A DNA stretch of 64,000 nucleotides, from assembly GCA_963725665.1 (NCBI GenBank), contig CAVRZA010000006.1:448001-512000 (forward strand). The letters are read 5' to 3'. The position numbers were made by a program, and so were the translations under genes. Positions 29,808-38,866 of this stretch are shown here, in pieces. Every line of letters begins with the position of its first letter. Within the stretch, counting starts at the first letter, position 1. Origin of the DNA: an uncultured Actinomycetes bacterium (lineage in GTDB: Bacteria > Actinomycetota > Thermoleophilia > UBA2241). Under the pieces are notes generated by a model. That model made no database searches. It was not told the DNA's origin and saw only the letters and a list, made by a program, of their open reading frames with translations.

Positions 29808-30815
29808 ATGCTGGTGACGCGGACGATCGCCGAGACACGTGCGGCTCTGGCCGCACTGCGGCATCCCGTGGCGCTGGTACCGACCATGGGGGCGTTGCAC
29901 GAGGGGCACCTCGCCCTGCTGCGCGAGGCGCGACGCTTCGCCGGACCCTCCGGCACGGTGGTGATGTCGCTCTTCGTGAACCCCACGCAGTTCGGCGCCG
30001 AAGAGGACTACGCGCGCTACCCACGAGACGAGGCGCGCGACCTGGCGCTCGCCGGCGACGAGGGCGTCGACCTCGTCTTTGCGCCGACCGCTGACGAGAT
30101 GTACACGGAGGGGTCCGCGACCAGCGTGCACGTCACCGGTCCGCTGAGCGAGACCTTCGAAGGCGCGACCCGGCCGGGGCACTTCGACGGCGTGGCGACG
30201 GTGGTCACGAAGCTGTTCGCCATCGTGCGCCCCGAGGCCGCCTTCTTCGGGCGCAAGGACGCGCAGCAGCTCGCCTTGATCAGGCGCCTCGCCCGCGACC
30301 TCGACCTCGGGGTCGAGGTCGTCGGCGTCGAGACGGCGCGCGCGGCCGACGGCCTCGCGCTGAGCTCGCGCAACGCCTACCTCGGCGAGCGCGGCCGCGC
30401 GGCGGCGGCGCGCCTCTACACCGCTCTTCGCACCGGGCGCGCCGCCGCCGCGCGCCCCGGAGCGGCGCCCGACGACATCGTGAACGCCGTCCTCGCGGCG
30501 CTGAACGAGGGAGCCGACGACGGCGACGAGGGCGTGCGCCTCGCGCCCGACTACGTCGCCGTCGTCGACCCCGACACCTTCGTCCCGGAGTCGAGCCTCG
30601 GCGAGCGCAGCCTCATCATCGCGGCAGCCCGGCTCGGCACGACCAGGCTGATCGACAACCTCCCCATACGGGAGAGGATCGAGACCGGCGGCGCCGCTCC
30701 CACGCTGCGTGAATGGCGCGCCCGAACCCAGCGCGGGGCATCGTCCACACGGCACAACGAGAACGACGCGAGCACGTTCCCCCCCGAGGAGCGGCGTGCG
30801 GCACAGGAAGGGTGA
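29808..30815 (+). CDS. panC: Pantoate-beta-alanine ligase
   Basis: VPTMGALHEGH, FVNPTQF, RPGHFDGV, FGRKDAQQ, DGLALSSRN, RLIDN. Confidence 0.96.
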   Translation: MLVTRTIAETRAALAALRHPVALVPTMGALHEGHLALLREARRFAGPSGTVVMSLFVNPTQFGAEEDYARYPRDEARDLALAGDEGVDLVFAPTADEMYTEGSATSVHVTGPLSETFEGATRPGHFDGVATVVTKLFAIVRPEAAFFGRKDAQQLALIRRLARDLDLGVEVVGVETARAADGLALSSRNAYLGERGRAAAARLYTALRTGRAAAARPGAAPDDIVNAVLAALNEGADDGDEGVRLAPDYVAVVDPDTFVPESSLGERSLIIAAARLGTTRLIDNLPIRERIETGGAAPTLREWRARTQRGASSTRHNENDASTFPPEERRAAQEG

Positions 30816-30820
30816 GAACA

Positions 30821-31300
30821 GTGGCCAGGGTGTTCATGAACCGGCGCATGCTCAACGAGCAGAAGGTACGCGAGGGCCTCGTCTGCGTGGTGACCGGTTC
30901 GATCAAGTTCGAGAGCGGCGGTGACGCCGACATCATCAAGATCACCGACGAGGTCGAGCAGGCGGTGCGCGACACAGGTCTCCTCGACGGCACGGTGACC
31001 GTCTTCGTGCCGGGCGCGACCGGCGCCCTGACCACGCTCGAGTTCGAACCAGGCGTCGTGCACGACCTGCAGCAGCTCCTCGACGACATCGTACCGCCCG
31101 GCAAGCACTACGCGCACAACGACAACCTCGGCGACGGCAACGGACACTCCCATGTGCGCGCCGGCCTGCTCGGCCCGTCGCTCACCATCCCGTTCGTCGA
31201 CGGCCGCGTCACCCTCGGCCGCTACCAGAACATCGTCTTCTGCGACTTCGACGCCCGGCCGCGGTCGCGCAGCCTCGTCGTGCAGGTGATGGGAGTCTGA
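30821..31300 (+). CDS. YjbQ/UPF0047 family protein
   Basis: ITDEV, FVPGATGALT..E, NGHSHVRA, LGRYQNIVFCDFD..PR.R. Confidence 0.88.
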   Translation: MARVFMNRRMLNEQKVREGLVCVVTGSIKFESGGDADIIKITDEVEQAVRDTGLLDGTVTVFVPGATGALTTLEFEPGVVHDLQQLLDDIVPPGKHYAHNDNLGDGNGHSHVRAGLLGPSLTIPFVDGRVTLGRYQNIVFCDFDARPRSRSLVVQVMGV

Positions 31301-31302
31301 GA

Positions 31303-32661
31303 ATGGCAGCGGCGACCGGCGCCGGCGGCGCCCCCGACGCGTCCAGCGCTGTGACCTCGGGAATGCCCCGCCATAGGGTCCACCTCCAGGTCGCGCTCGA
31401 CTTCGTCGACCTGCCGCGGGCGCTCCTCATCGCCCGCGAGGCCGTCGCCGGCGGCGCCGACTGGGTCGAAGCCGGCACGCCGTTGATCAAGGCAGAGGGC
31501 CTGCAGGCGGTACGCGAGCTCAAGGCGGCGTTCCCCGACAAGGTGATCGTGGCCGACATGAAGACCATGGACGCCGGCCGCATCGAGCTCGAGTACGCGG
31601 CCAAGGCCGGCGCCGGCGTGGTCGGCGTACTTGGCGCCGCCAGCGACTCCACCGTCAAGGAGTGCGCCGAGGCCGCGCGCAACTACGGCTGCGAGCTGAT
31701 CGTCGACATGATCGAGGTGGCCGACCCCGTCACGCGCGCGCGACGGGCCGAGGAGCTCGGCGCCGACTACGTCGGCATCCACACGGCCATCGACCAGCAG
31801 ATGCGCGGCGAGGCGCCGTTCGAGACCCTGCGCCGGGTCGCCGAGTCGGTGACGATCCCGGTGAGCGTCGCCGGCGGGATCAACTCGGAGACGGCGGCGG
31901 CGGCCGTCGCGGCCGGCGCGAGCATTGTCGTCGTCGGAGGCGCCATCACCAAGTCCACCGATGCGACGGCCGCCGCCGCCGAGATCCGGCGCGCTTTGGA
32001 CGAGGGTGTCTCTCTCGAGACCACCCTCTACAAGCGCGCCGGCGCCGACGACATCCGCTCGGTGCTCGAGCAGGTCTCGACGGCCAACATCTCCGACGCC
32101 TGGCACCGCCAGCCCAGCCTGCACGGCGTGCGACCGCTGTTCCCCGGCGCTCGCCTGTGCGGCCCGGCCGTCACCGTACGCACCTACCCCGGCGACTGGG
32201 CCAAGCCGGTCGAGGCCATCGACCTCTGCCGGCCCGGCGACGTCCTGGTCATCGACGCCTTCAACTCCTATCCCGCCATCTGGGGCGAGCTAGCCACGCA
32301 CAGCGCCATCGTGAAAGGGCTCGCCGGACTCGTCGTCTGGGGCGCCATCCGCGACACGCCCGAGATCGCCCGGCTCAGGTTCCCCGCCTTCTCGAGCCTC
32401 GTGAGCGCCGACGCCGGCGAACCCAAGGGCTTCGGCGAGACCAACGTCCCACTTCACATCGCCGGACAGACGATCGAGCCGGGCGACTGGATAGTGGGCG
32501 ACGACGACGGCGTCATGGTCCTCCCCAAGGCGCAGGCCGTAGAGCTCGCCAACCGCGCCATGGACGTGCTCGAGAAGGAGAACCGCCTGCGCGCCGAGAT
32601 CGAGGGCGGCAAGACCCTCAGCGAGGTCGCCTACCTGCAGAAGTGGGAGAAGGCGCGCTAA
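31303..32661 (+). CDS. 3-hexulose-6-phosphate synthase fused to an RraA/HMG-aldolase-like domain
   Basis: N-terminus: LQVALD, EAGTPLIK.EG, ADMKTMDAG, HTAIDQQ, AGGIN. C-terminus: STANISDA, GPAVTV, GDVLVID, WGEL, GAIRD, GDDDGV. The start may be 31363. Confidence 0.9.
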   Translation: MAAATGAGGAPDASSAVTSGMPRHRVHLQVALDFVDLPRALLIAREAVAGGADWVEAGTPLIKAEGLQAVRELKAAFPDKVIVADMKTMDAGRIELEYAAKAGAGVVGVLGAASDSTVKECAEAARNYGCELIVDMIEVADPVTRARRAEELGADYVGIHTAIDQQMRGEAPFETLRRVAESVTIPVSVAGGINSETAAAAVAAGASIVVVGGAITKSTDATAAAAEIRRALDEGVSLETTLYKRAGADDIRSVLEQVSTANISDAWHRQPSLHGVRPLFPGARLCGPAVTVRTYPGDWAKPVEAIDLCRPGDVLVIDAFNSYPAIWGELATHSAIVKGLAGLVVWGAIRDTPEIARLRFPAFSSLVSADAGEPKGFGETNVPLHIAGQTIEPGDWIVGDDDGVMVLPKAQAVELANRAMDVLEKENRLRAEIEGGKTLSEVAYLQKWEKAR

Positions 32662-33315
32662 CTAGCGCCGCGGGACGATCTTCCAGACGAGCCCGAAGCG
32701 CGTGCGGTGGCCCATGACGGAGCTGTCGCTACGCGCGGGGCGCTGCCAATCGCCGTAGAACCGCACGCTGAAGCGGAACACGCGCGACTGCCCGGGCTTG
32801 AGCACGCAGGCGCGCACCCGGTGGAACCTTGTCAGCGGTCCGGCCCACACGCGGTGGGTCGTCCCGTTCGCCCTCTTCCACCAGATACGCAGCCACAACT
32901 TGTCCGAAAGCCGCGGCTGATCCGTGGGGGTGCTGCGCAGATTCCTCAGCCTCAGGTAGAGGACTCCCTCTACGTGTCCCCGGTTGCGGATGCGTGTGGC
33001 GCCCCGTGCGACCTGTCCGGGCATGAGCCTTGAGGCCTTGAGGATCGCGTGACCGCCCGTGCTGTTGCTGATCCTCGGCTTGGCCGCCTGGAACAGGCGC
33101 AGCGGATTCGTCAGGCTCAACTCGCCGGCCGCCGTCGACGCCAGGGCGACGCCCGCTACAAGGAGCGACAGCGCGACGATAACGACGACGAAGTGCTTGA
33201 CGAACAGCCTTCGTCGCCGCACAGGCCTCTCAGCCGAGAGCTGGCCACCACCAGAGATCGCCGGCAGCGAGCAGCGCGCGTCATCCGGCCCGGTATCCTT
33301 CACATCTGCGCTCAT
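32662..33315 (-). CDS. Secreted/membrane TasA/camelysin-like hypothetical protein
   Basis: TM or signal segment, then LMPGQ...IRNRG...LSDKL...LKPGQSRVFRFSV. The start overlaps the upstream stop (ATGA). Confidence 0.5.
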   Translation of the reverse strand: MSADVKDTGPDDARCSLPAISGGGQLSAERPVRRRRLFVKHFVVVIVALSLLVAGVALASTAAGELSLTNPLRLFQAAKPRISNSTGGHAILKASRLMPGQVARGATRIRNRGHVEGVLYLRLRNLRSTPTDQPRLSDKLWLRIWWKRANGTTHRVWAGPLTRFHRVRACVLKPGQSRVFRFSVRFYGDWQRPARSDSSVMGHRTRFGLVWKIVPRR

Positions 33316-33608
33316 TGGACCGTCACCGAGACCGGCACGCCGTACTGGTAGTAGGTCACGGTCACACCGGTGTAGGTGACCGTCACCAGCACGCGAGGGA
33401 CGTAGGTCACACCGCGCGTCGAGCCGCGCAGCCGCATCTGCAGGTTTACCTGCTGCTTGGGGCCGGCGGTCGTGAGCGTCACCGTCGTGTTGTATACGCC
33501 GGCCGTACCGAAGTTGGCCATGCCCCAGCGCGTGAACGGCTGGTAGCCGGTCGTCGGATCGGCCTGCACGCTCAGGGTCACCGTTATCGAGGTCACGCCG
33601 TTGGAGGG
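33312..33608 (-). pseudogene. Probable C-terminal remnant of a secreted beta-rich protein
   Basis: Thr/Val-rich ORF coupled to the next gene. An in-frame TGA lies 4 codons before the GTG, and there is no RBS or signal peptide. Confidence 0.4.
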
Positions 33609-33703
33609 TCACTTGCGCATCGGAGCCTCGGGCAGGAGAAACGAGCCGGGCTCGGAACGTTAGAGGACAAGCTTCACCAGTACCCGAGCGAGGGGGCTTC
33701 GCC

Positions 33704-35332
33704 ATGAGAGTTCGTCTGATCCTCGTCGGCATCGCCGCTCTGGCGTTCGCGCTCGTCGCGCTGCCGGCTGCGGCGCTGGCCGGTACCTACGTCGAGCCGT
33801 TCACGGTCATCACCGGTCCCGGGAACCAGGGGGAGCCGGCGGTCAGCGGCTCAGTCGTCCTGTGGGTCGACGACGCCAGCGGCCCCACGGTCATCCAGCA
33901 GCGCTACCTGCCGCCCTCGGGCCCACTCCTCACGCTCTCCACGAACACAACCGGCGGCCGTCACCACCCCTCGTACTCCGCCGGCCTCGCCGTGTGGTGG
34001 GACTCGCGCTACGGCGACGGCGACATCTGGGCCTACAGCGTGCTCAGCGGACACGAGTTCCCCGTCTACTTCGGCTCGGGAGAGCAGGTCGAGCCCTCGA
34101 CCTCCGACGGGTACGTCGTCTGGCAGGACGACCGCAACGGCACCTGGGACATCTACGGCGCCGTCGTCGATCCGGCCACCGACGCCATCAAGGACGTCTT
34201 CCCCGTCTACGTCGGGGAGGGCTCACAGACGCGTCCCATCGTGTACGGCAACACGGTGGTCTGGCAGGACGACCGCAACGGCACCTGGGACATCTACGGC
34301 GCCAGGCTCACCGCCGTCGACGCTACGAACTGGACCGCGGGGCCGTCCTTCGCCGTCTGCACCGCGGATAGGCTGCAGACCTGGCCCTCGACCGACGGCA
34401 CCACCGTCGTGTGGCAGGACTTCCGCAACAAGGAGTGGGACATCTACGGCGCGACCTTGGGTTCGGGGCTCACCCCGACTGTGACGCCTCTCGCGGAGCC
34501 CATCTGCGCCGCCTACGCGGCACAGACACACCCACAAGTGGCCCAGGAGCTTGCGGTCTGGCAGGACATGCGCGACACGCAAGCGAGTCTGAGCTACGGC
34601 GCCGACATCTGGGCCAGGGACATGAGCAGGGAGACCGAGTTCCCGATCGTCGTCGCGAAGGGCGACCAGGTGCTGCCCTCGCTCTCCTACAACACCGTGG
34701 TCTGGGAGGACGCGCGCGCGGGCAACAGCGATGTCTACGGTGCGACGGTGACCCCGTGGAGCATCTACGTGCGGGTCGGCGACGGCTCAGGGTGGACGAA
34801 GACGAGGAACCTCCTGGTCCACATGCTCGACGTGACGACGGACGTGAACCCGCCGGTGAGCGAGATGCTGGTGTTCAACGAGGGCGACGTCGTCTACGAC
34901 TGGCGCACGTTCGGCCCCACCTACGGCATCCTTCTCACCGCCGGCGACGGCCCGAAGAAGCTGGGGATCAGGTTCTCGGACTCGACCGACACGACGTCTC
35001 CGGTCCTGTGGGAGACGGTCAAGCTCGACATGACGCCGCCGGTCACCAAGGCGCCCTACGCCGCGAGCGTTCTCAAGGGGGGAATCGCGAAGCTGCAGTA
35101 CCGCGTGAACGACGCCCTGAGCCCGAAGGCCACTGTGACGATCAAGATCAAGACGCTCGGCGGCACACCAATGAGGACCCTGTCGCTGGGCAAGCACGTC
35201 ACGGGCAAGCTGCTCACGACGAGCTATCTCTGCAACCTCGCCAAGAAGAAGTACCGCTTCGAGGTCTGGGCGAAGGATCTCGCGGGCAACGCGGCGACCT
35301 CGATCGGCTTGAACTACCTGACGGTGAAGTAG
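33704..35332 (+). CDS. Secreted beta-propeller protein (methanogen surface-protein-type VVWQDxRNGxWDIY repeats) with basic C-terminal domain
   Basis: Signal peptide ending AALA, about 6 VW(Q/E)D.R...DI(Y/W) repeats, an Ig-like spacer, and a C-terminal ...AKDLAGN...LTVK domain. Confidence 0.82.
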   Translation: MRVRLILVGIAALAFALVALPAAALAGTYVEPFTVITGPGNQGEPAVSGSVVLWVDDASGPTVIQQRYLPPSGPLLTLSTNTTGGRHHPSYSAGLAVWWDSRYGDGDIWAYSVLSGHEFPVYFGSGEQVEPSTSDGYVVWQDDRNGTWDIYGAVVDPATDAIKDVFPVYVGEGSQTRPIVYGNTVVWQDDRNGTWDIYGARLTAVDATNWTAGPSFAVCTADRLQTWPSTDGTTVVWQDFRNKEWDIYGATLGSGLTPTVTPLAEPICAAYAAQTHPQVAQELAVWQDMRDTQASLSYGADIWARDMSRETEFPIVVAKGDQVLPSLSYNTVVWEDARAGNSDVYGATVTPWSIYVRVGDGSGWTKTRNLLVHMLDVTTDVNPPVSEMLVFNEGDVVYDWRTFGPTYGILLTAGDGPKKLGIRFSDSTDTTSPVLWETVKLDMTPPVTKAPYAASVLKGGIAKLQYRVNDALSPKATVTIKIKTLGGTPMRTLSLGKHVTGKLLTTSYLCNLAKKKYRFEVWAKDLAGNAATSIGLNYLTVK

Positions 35333-35601
35333 CGGGCGGTTCCGTCAGAAGAGGACCGAGCCTGCTGCCAAGAACCCGCCAGGCAGCGGGGGCAGCTTCG
35401 GGCGACTGAGAACGACAGAAAGGGACCGGCACAGTCCGTCGTCGCTCTCGTGTTGCTGCTGCTCCACCACGCGTGGTTAACGCCAGTGGCGGCCGTGGTG
35501 ATGGCTGCCCACATGATCTGGGAGATGGACACCCCAGAGCCTAGGTTCACGACCATCCTCGTGTGCTACCCTCGGATTCGACGCGACCTTGGAGCGTGGG
35601 C

Positions 35602-35802
35602 ATGACAGGTGTCGGACGGCTTCTGTGGTGGCTTCTGTGGGCCGCCCTGGTCATCTTCCTCGCACTGGTCGCACTGCGGCTCGCACGTGTCCTCGGAATG
35701 GGCAGGCTCGCGCCTCTTCTGATTGCTCTGGGCGTTCTCTTTGTTGTTGCGGTCGCCTCGGGCATCCTCTTGGCACGGCGGCGCGAACGGCCCCGGCGGT
35801 AG
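35602..35802 (+). CDS. Small two-TM membrane protein
   Basis: MTGVGRLLWWLLWAALVIFLAL...; two hydrophobic helices and a basic tail. GGAG lies upstream. Confidence 0.5.
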   Translation: MTGVGRLLWWLLWAALVIFLALVALRLARVLGMGRLAPLLIALGVLFVVAVASGILLARRRERPRR

Positions 35803-35867
35803 CAGGCTGCTTCTCACTGACGGTCATCCATCTCAAATGCCGACCCATCTGAGCATCGCGACTGCCT

Positions 35868-36365
35868 TCATACAGCCTGCCTGTGCGGCCGCGCTGTATT
35901 GACCCTCGGGTGTGCCAGAACCTGCACCATGCGGCTCAGGTCCGCCGCCGTCGCGACCACGACGAGGTGACCCGCGCATCCGCAGTCGCTCGCGCCGAAG
36001 GGGGCGTTCTCGGGTTCGGCGAAAGCCGGCGCCGATCCGCTGCCCCCCGATGCCCGCGTCGCCGGGCGCTTCTGGTCCTCGACTCCCCGCACGGCCTCCC
36101 TGAGAAGGGCGGCCAGCTCACACTCGGTCAGCTCGGTGTCGATGAGCCACGAGCGCGTCGCCGTGTGACGCGAGAATAGGTAGTCGGCGTGCCAGCGCAG
36201 GGGCTTGTCAGGGCGCATGTGGCGCGCGACGCGGGCGTCCCGCCCGCGTCGCGCGCTCCCCACGTAGGCGTACCAGCCGCGCGCGAAGGTGATGGGGCCG
36301 AGCGCGCCGACCGTGATCGTCTCCCGGCGCGGCACCCACGCGGCGACGACGTAGAGGAGGTTCAC
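35868..36365 (-). CDS. DUF123 / Uri (GIY-YIG) superfamily endonuclease
   Basis: VGALG...GWYAYVGSA, RVARH, WHADYL, EC, FGASDCGCAGHL. Confidence 0.85.
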   Translation of the reverse strand: MNLLYVVAAWVPRRETITVGALGPITFARGWYAYVGSARRGRDARVARHMRPDKPLRWHADYLFSRHTATRSWLIDTELTECELAALLREAVRGVEDQKRPATRASGGSGSAPAFAEPENAPFGASDCGCAGHLVVVATAADLSRMVQVLAHPRVNTARPHRQAV

Positions 36366-36473
36366 GCCGCGCGATGGTTCACGCGACACCGCTCGCGCGG
36401 CGCGACGGCCGGCATGACGTCGCCGCGGAAGGCTGCAGTGGCGATGCACACCCACTCGGGCTGTGCGTGGCGC

Positions 36474-37331
36474 TCACGCCTTGCGCGCCTTCACTCCAGA
36501 CACGTGCCGCCCCATGCGGCGCTTCGGCTGGCAGCGCGGGCAGAAGTGGGTCCCGCGGCCGCCCACGACCACGCGCTCGATGGGCGTGCCGCAGCGCCGG
36601 CAGGGCTCCCCGGTGCGCTGGTAGACGTTGAGCATCTCCTGGAAGCTCCCCGGCACTCCCTCGGGGTCGACGAAGCTGTCGACCGACGCGCCGGCTTGGG
36701 CGATTCCAAGCTCGAGCGTCTCGACGAGCGCGTCGCGCAGGCGCCCGGCACCGCGCGCGCCGACAGACCCGGCAGGACGCAAGGGGTGCAGCCCGGCGCG
36801 GAACAGCGCCTCGTCGGCGTAGATGTTGCCCACGCCGGCGATGCGCCGCTGGTCGAGCAGGAACGCCTTGAGCGGCGCGCGCCGCCCCAGGAGCAGGGCG
36901 CGCAGTCTGGCTGTGCTGAAGCCGGGGCTCAACGGCTCGACGCCGAGCTCGGCAAAGAACTGCTCGAGCTCGGCCTCGTCGCGGAGCGCCCACAGGCGCC
37001 CGAAGCGGCGCACGTCGAAGAAGTGCAGGAAGCTGCCGTCGTCGAACTCGATCGAGAAGCGCGGTAGACGCGGTGTCGGCGGGCGCTCGAGAAGGAGCTG
37101 CCCCGTCATGCGCAGGTGCACGACCAGGATGCCCTCATCGAGGTCGACGATGAGGTACTTGCCGCGCCTGCGCAGGGCGGCGACGCTGCGTCCCAGCGCC
37201 AGATGGCGCAGATCGGCGGCGAGCTGGGCGCTCACGGTCGCGTCGGCGACCGTGAGCGCCGCTATCCTCTTGCCCGCCAACGCCGGCTCCAGGCGGCGGC
37301 GGACGGTCTCGACCTCGGGCAGCTCAGGCAT
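36474..37331 (-). CDS. mutM: Formamidopyrimidine-DNA glycosylase
   Basis: MPELPEVET, RRGKYL, HLRMTG, DVRRFG, GVGNIYADE and a C4 zinc finger. Confidence 0.97.
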   Translation of the reverse strand: MPELPEVETVRRRLEPALAGKRIAALTVADATVSAQLAADLRHLALGRSVAALRRRGKYLIVDLDEGILVVHLRMTGQLLLERPPTPRLPRFSIEFDDGSFLHFFDVRRFGRLWALRDEAELEQFFAELGVEPLSPGFSTARLRALLLGRRAPLKAFLLDQRRIAGVGNIYADEALFRAGLHPLRPAGSVGARGAGRLRDALVETLELGIAQAGASVDSFVDPEGVPGSFQEMLNVYQRTGEPCRRCGTPIERVVVGGRGTHFCPRCQPKRRMGRHVSGVKARKA

Positions 37332-37352
37332 CTCTCCCCACCGGACGGTCCT

Positions 37353-38861
37353 TCACATCTGCTGTTCCCACCAGGCAGCGAGGTAACGCTCAGCCTCCTC
37401 GCGCGAGATCACTTCGCCGGCATCCACCTCTTCCTGCAGAGCGGCCAGCGCCTGCCCGACGAGCGGGCCCGGAGCCACACCCAGCAGACGCATCACGTCG
37501 TCGCCGGTCAGCAGCCGCGGCGTGGGCGGCGGCAGGCCCTCCCAGACGTCGCGCGCGAGGCGGAAGTGACGCGCGATTGACTTGAGCGAGGTCTCCTCGC
37601 CACGCGTCGCCATGCGGTCGGCGAGCGAGACGACGAGAGCCTCGAAGACGTAGGGCTCGACGGCGCGCCTGAAGCGCACCAGGGCACGTCGGGTCAGGGG
37701 CTGCTCGCGCGCGAGGAAGCCGAGGCGCAGGTGCTGGCGCACCAGCACCTTGAGGTACTGCTCGAAGCGCTTCGAGAAGCGCAGGCGGCGCGCGACGTCG
37801 CCGACCAGGCGGGCGCCGATCTCGTCGTGGTACCAGAAGCGCACCAGGCCCGACTGCGGATCGACGTCGCGCGCCGCCGGCTTGCCGATGTCGTGCAGGA
37901 GCACGGCCCAGGCGAGGGGCGCGAACGGGCCGGCGCCGGCCAGCCCCAGCTCCGTGGGGCTCGCGAGCGGCGCCGGCCCGCCGAGCTGCGTCACGATGCC
38001 GGCCACGTAGGTCAGCGACTCGAGCGTGTGCTCGAAGACGTCGTGGTGGTGGTAGGGGTTCTGCGTCACGCCGCGCGTCGCCGCCACCTCCGGCAGCACC
38101 ACGGCCAGCGCGCCCAGCCGGTCGAGCTCGCGCACGGCGTCTCCCGCTGCCCCTCCAGGCAGGTCGAGCAAAACCGTCAGCTCCTGCTCGAGGCGTTCGC
38201 CGCTCACGTGCGCGAGCGCGGGAACAGCCTCGCGCGCTTGCTGTTCCGCATCGGCGGCCGGCTCGAGACCGAGACCGTGACGCAGACGGGCGAGGCGGAT
38301 CACACGCACCGGGTCGTTGGCGAACGCATCGGGCGCGCACGGGCGCAGCCGACGCTCGGCGAGATCGCGCGTGCCGCCGAGGGGGTCGATCAGGCGCTCC
38401 CGTCCTTCGGCCGTCTCTTCGGCGGCCCCTTCGGCCGCCCCCTCCGCCGTCTCTTCGACAGCCCCCTCGGCGCCGCGCGCCATGGCGTCGACGGTGAAGT
38501 CGCGCCCGCGTAGGTCGTCCTCGAGAGCGGGACCGCGCAGTGGCGCGAGGTCCACGTGCCACCCCGGGAGCACGACGCGATAGGTGGCGAAGCGTTCCGA
38601 GACGGGGTAGACAGCCCCGCCCAGCTCATCGGCCAGCCGGGCGGCGAGACGATCGACGGGCCCGCGAACGACGAGGTCGATGTCGCGTATCGGCAGTCCC
38701 AGGAGCTCGTCACGCAGAGCCCCGCCCACGACCCAGACGGCGGGGCGGCTCCCGCGCGCGGCGGGCGCGCGGGCGACGAGCTCACCGAGCAGACGGTGCG
38801 CGGCGGCGAGCAGGGCGTCCGGCGAGAGCCGGGCTCCCTGCTCGCCGCCGCCCTCGTCCAC
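37353..38861 (-). CDS. tRNA nucleotidyltransferase (CCA/polyA polymerase family) with HD domain
   Basis: VGGALRD, DIDL, RDFTVDAMA, DPLGG, DPVRVIR, SGERL, LLHDIGKP. Start approximate. Confidence 0.85.
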   Translation of the reverse strand: MDEGGGEQGARLSPDALLAAAHRLLGELVARAPAARGSRPAVWVVGGALRDELLGLPIRDIDLVVRGPVDRLAARLADELGGAVYPVSERFATYRVVLPGWHVDLAPLRGPALEDDLRGRDFTVDAMARGAEGAVEETAEGAAEGAAEETAEGRERLIDPLGGTRDLAERRLRPCAPDAFANDPVRVIRLARLRHGLGLEPAADAEQQAREAVPALAHVSGERLEQELTVLLDLPGGAAGDAVRELDRLGALAVVLPEVAATRGVTQNPYHHHDVFEHTLESLTYVAGIVTQLGGPAPLASPTELGLAGAGPFAPLAWAVLLHDIGKPAARDVDPQSGLVRFWYHDEIGARLVGDVARRLRFSKRFEQYLKVLVRQHLRLGFLAREQPLTRRALVRFRRAVEPYVFEALVVSLADRMATRGEETSLKSIARHFRLARDVWEGLPPPTPRLLTGDDVMRLLGVAPGPLVGQALAALQEEVDAGEVISREEAERYLAAWWEQQM

Positions 38862-38866
38862 GGCCG

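Noticed and set aside
34118-34303. Diversity-generating retroelement template/variable repeat pair
   Set aside because: The repeats are in-frame propeller blades with no adenine-specific mismatches, and no reverse transcriptase is present.
35868-36365. GIY-YIG gene as a homing endonuclease or mobile element
   Set aside because: It is DUF123-type, sits next to mutM in a repair context, and has no intron, intein or terminal repeats.
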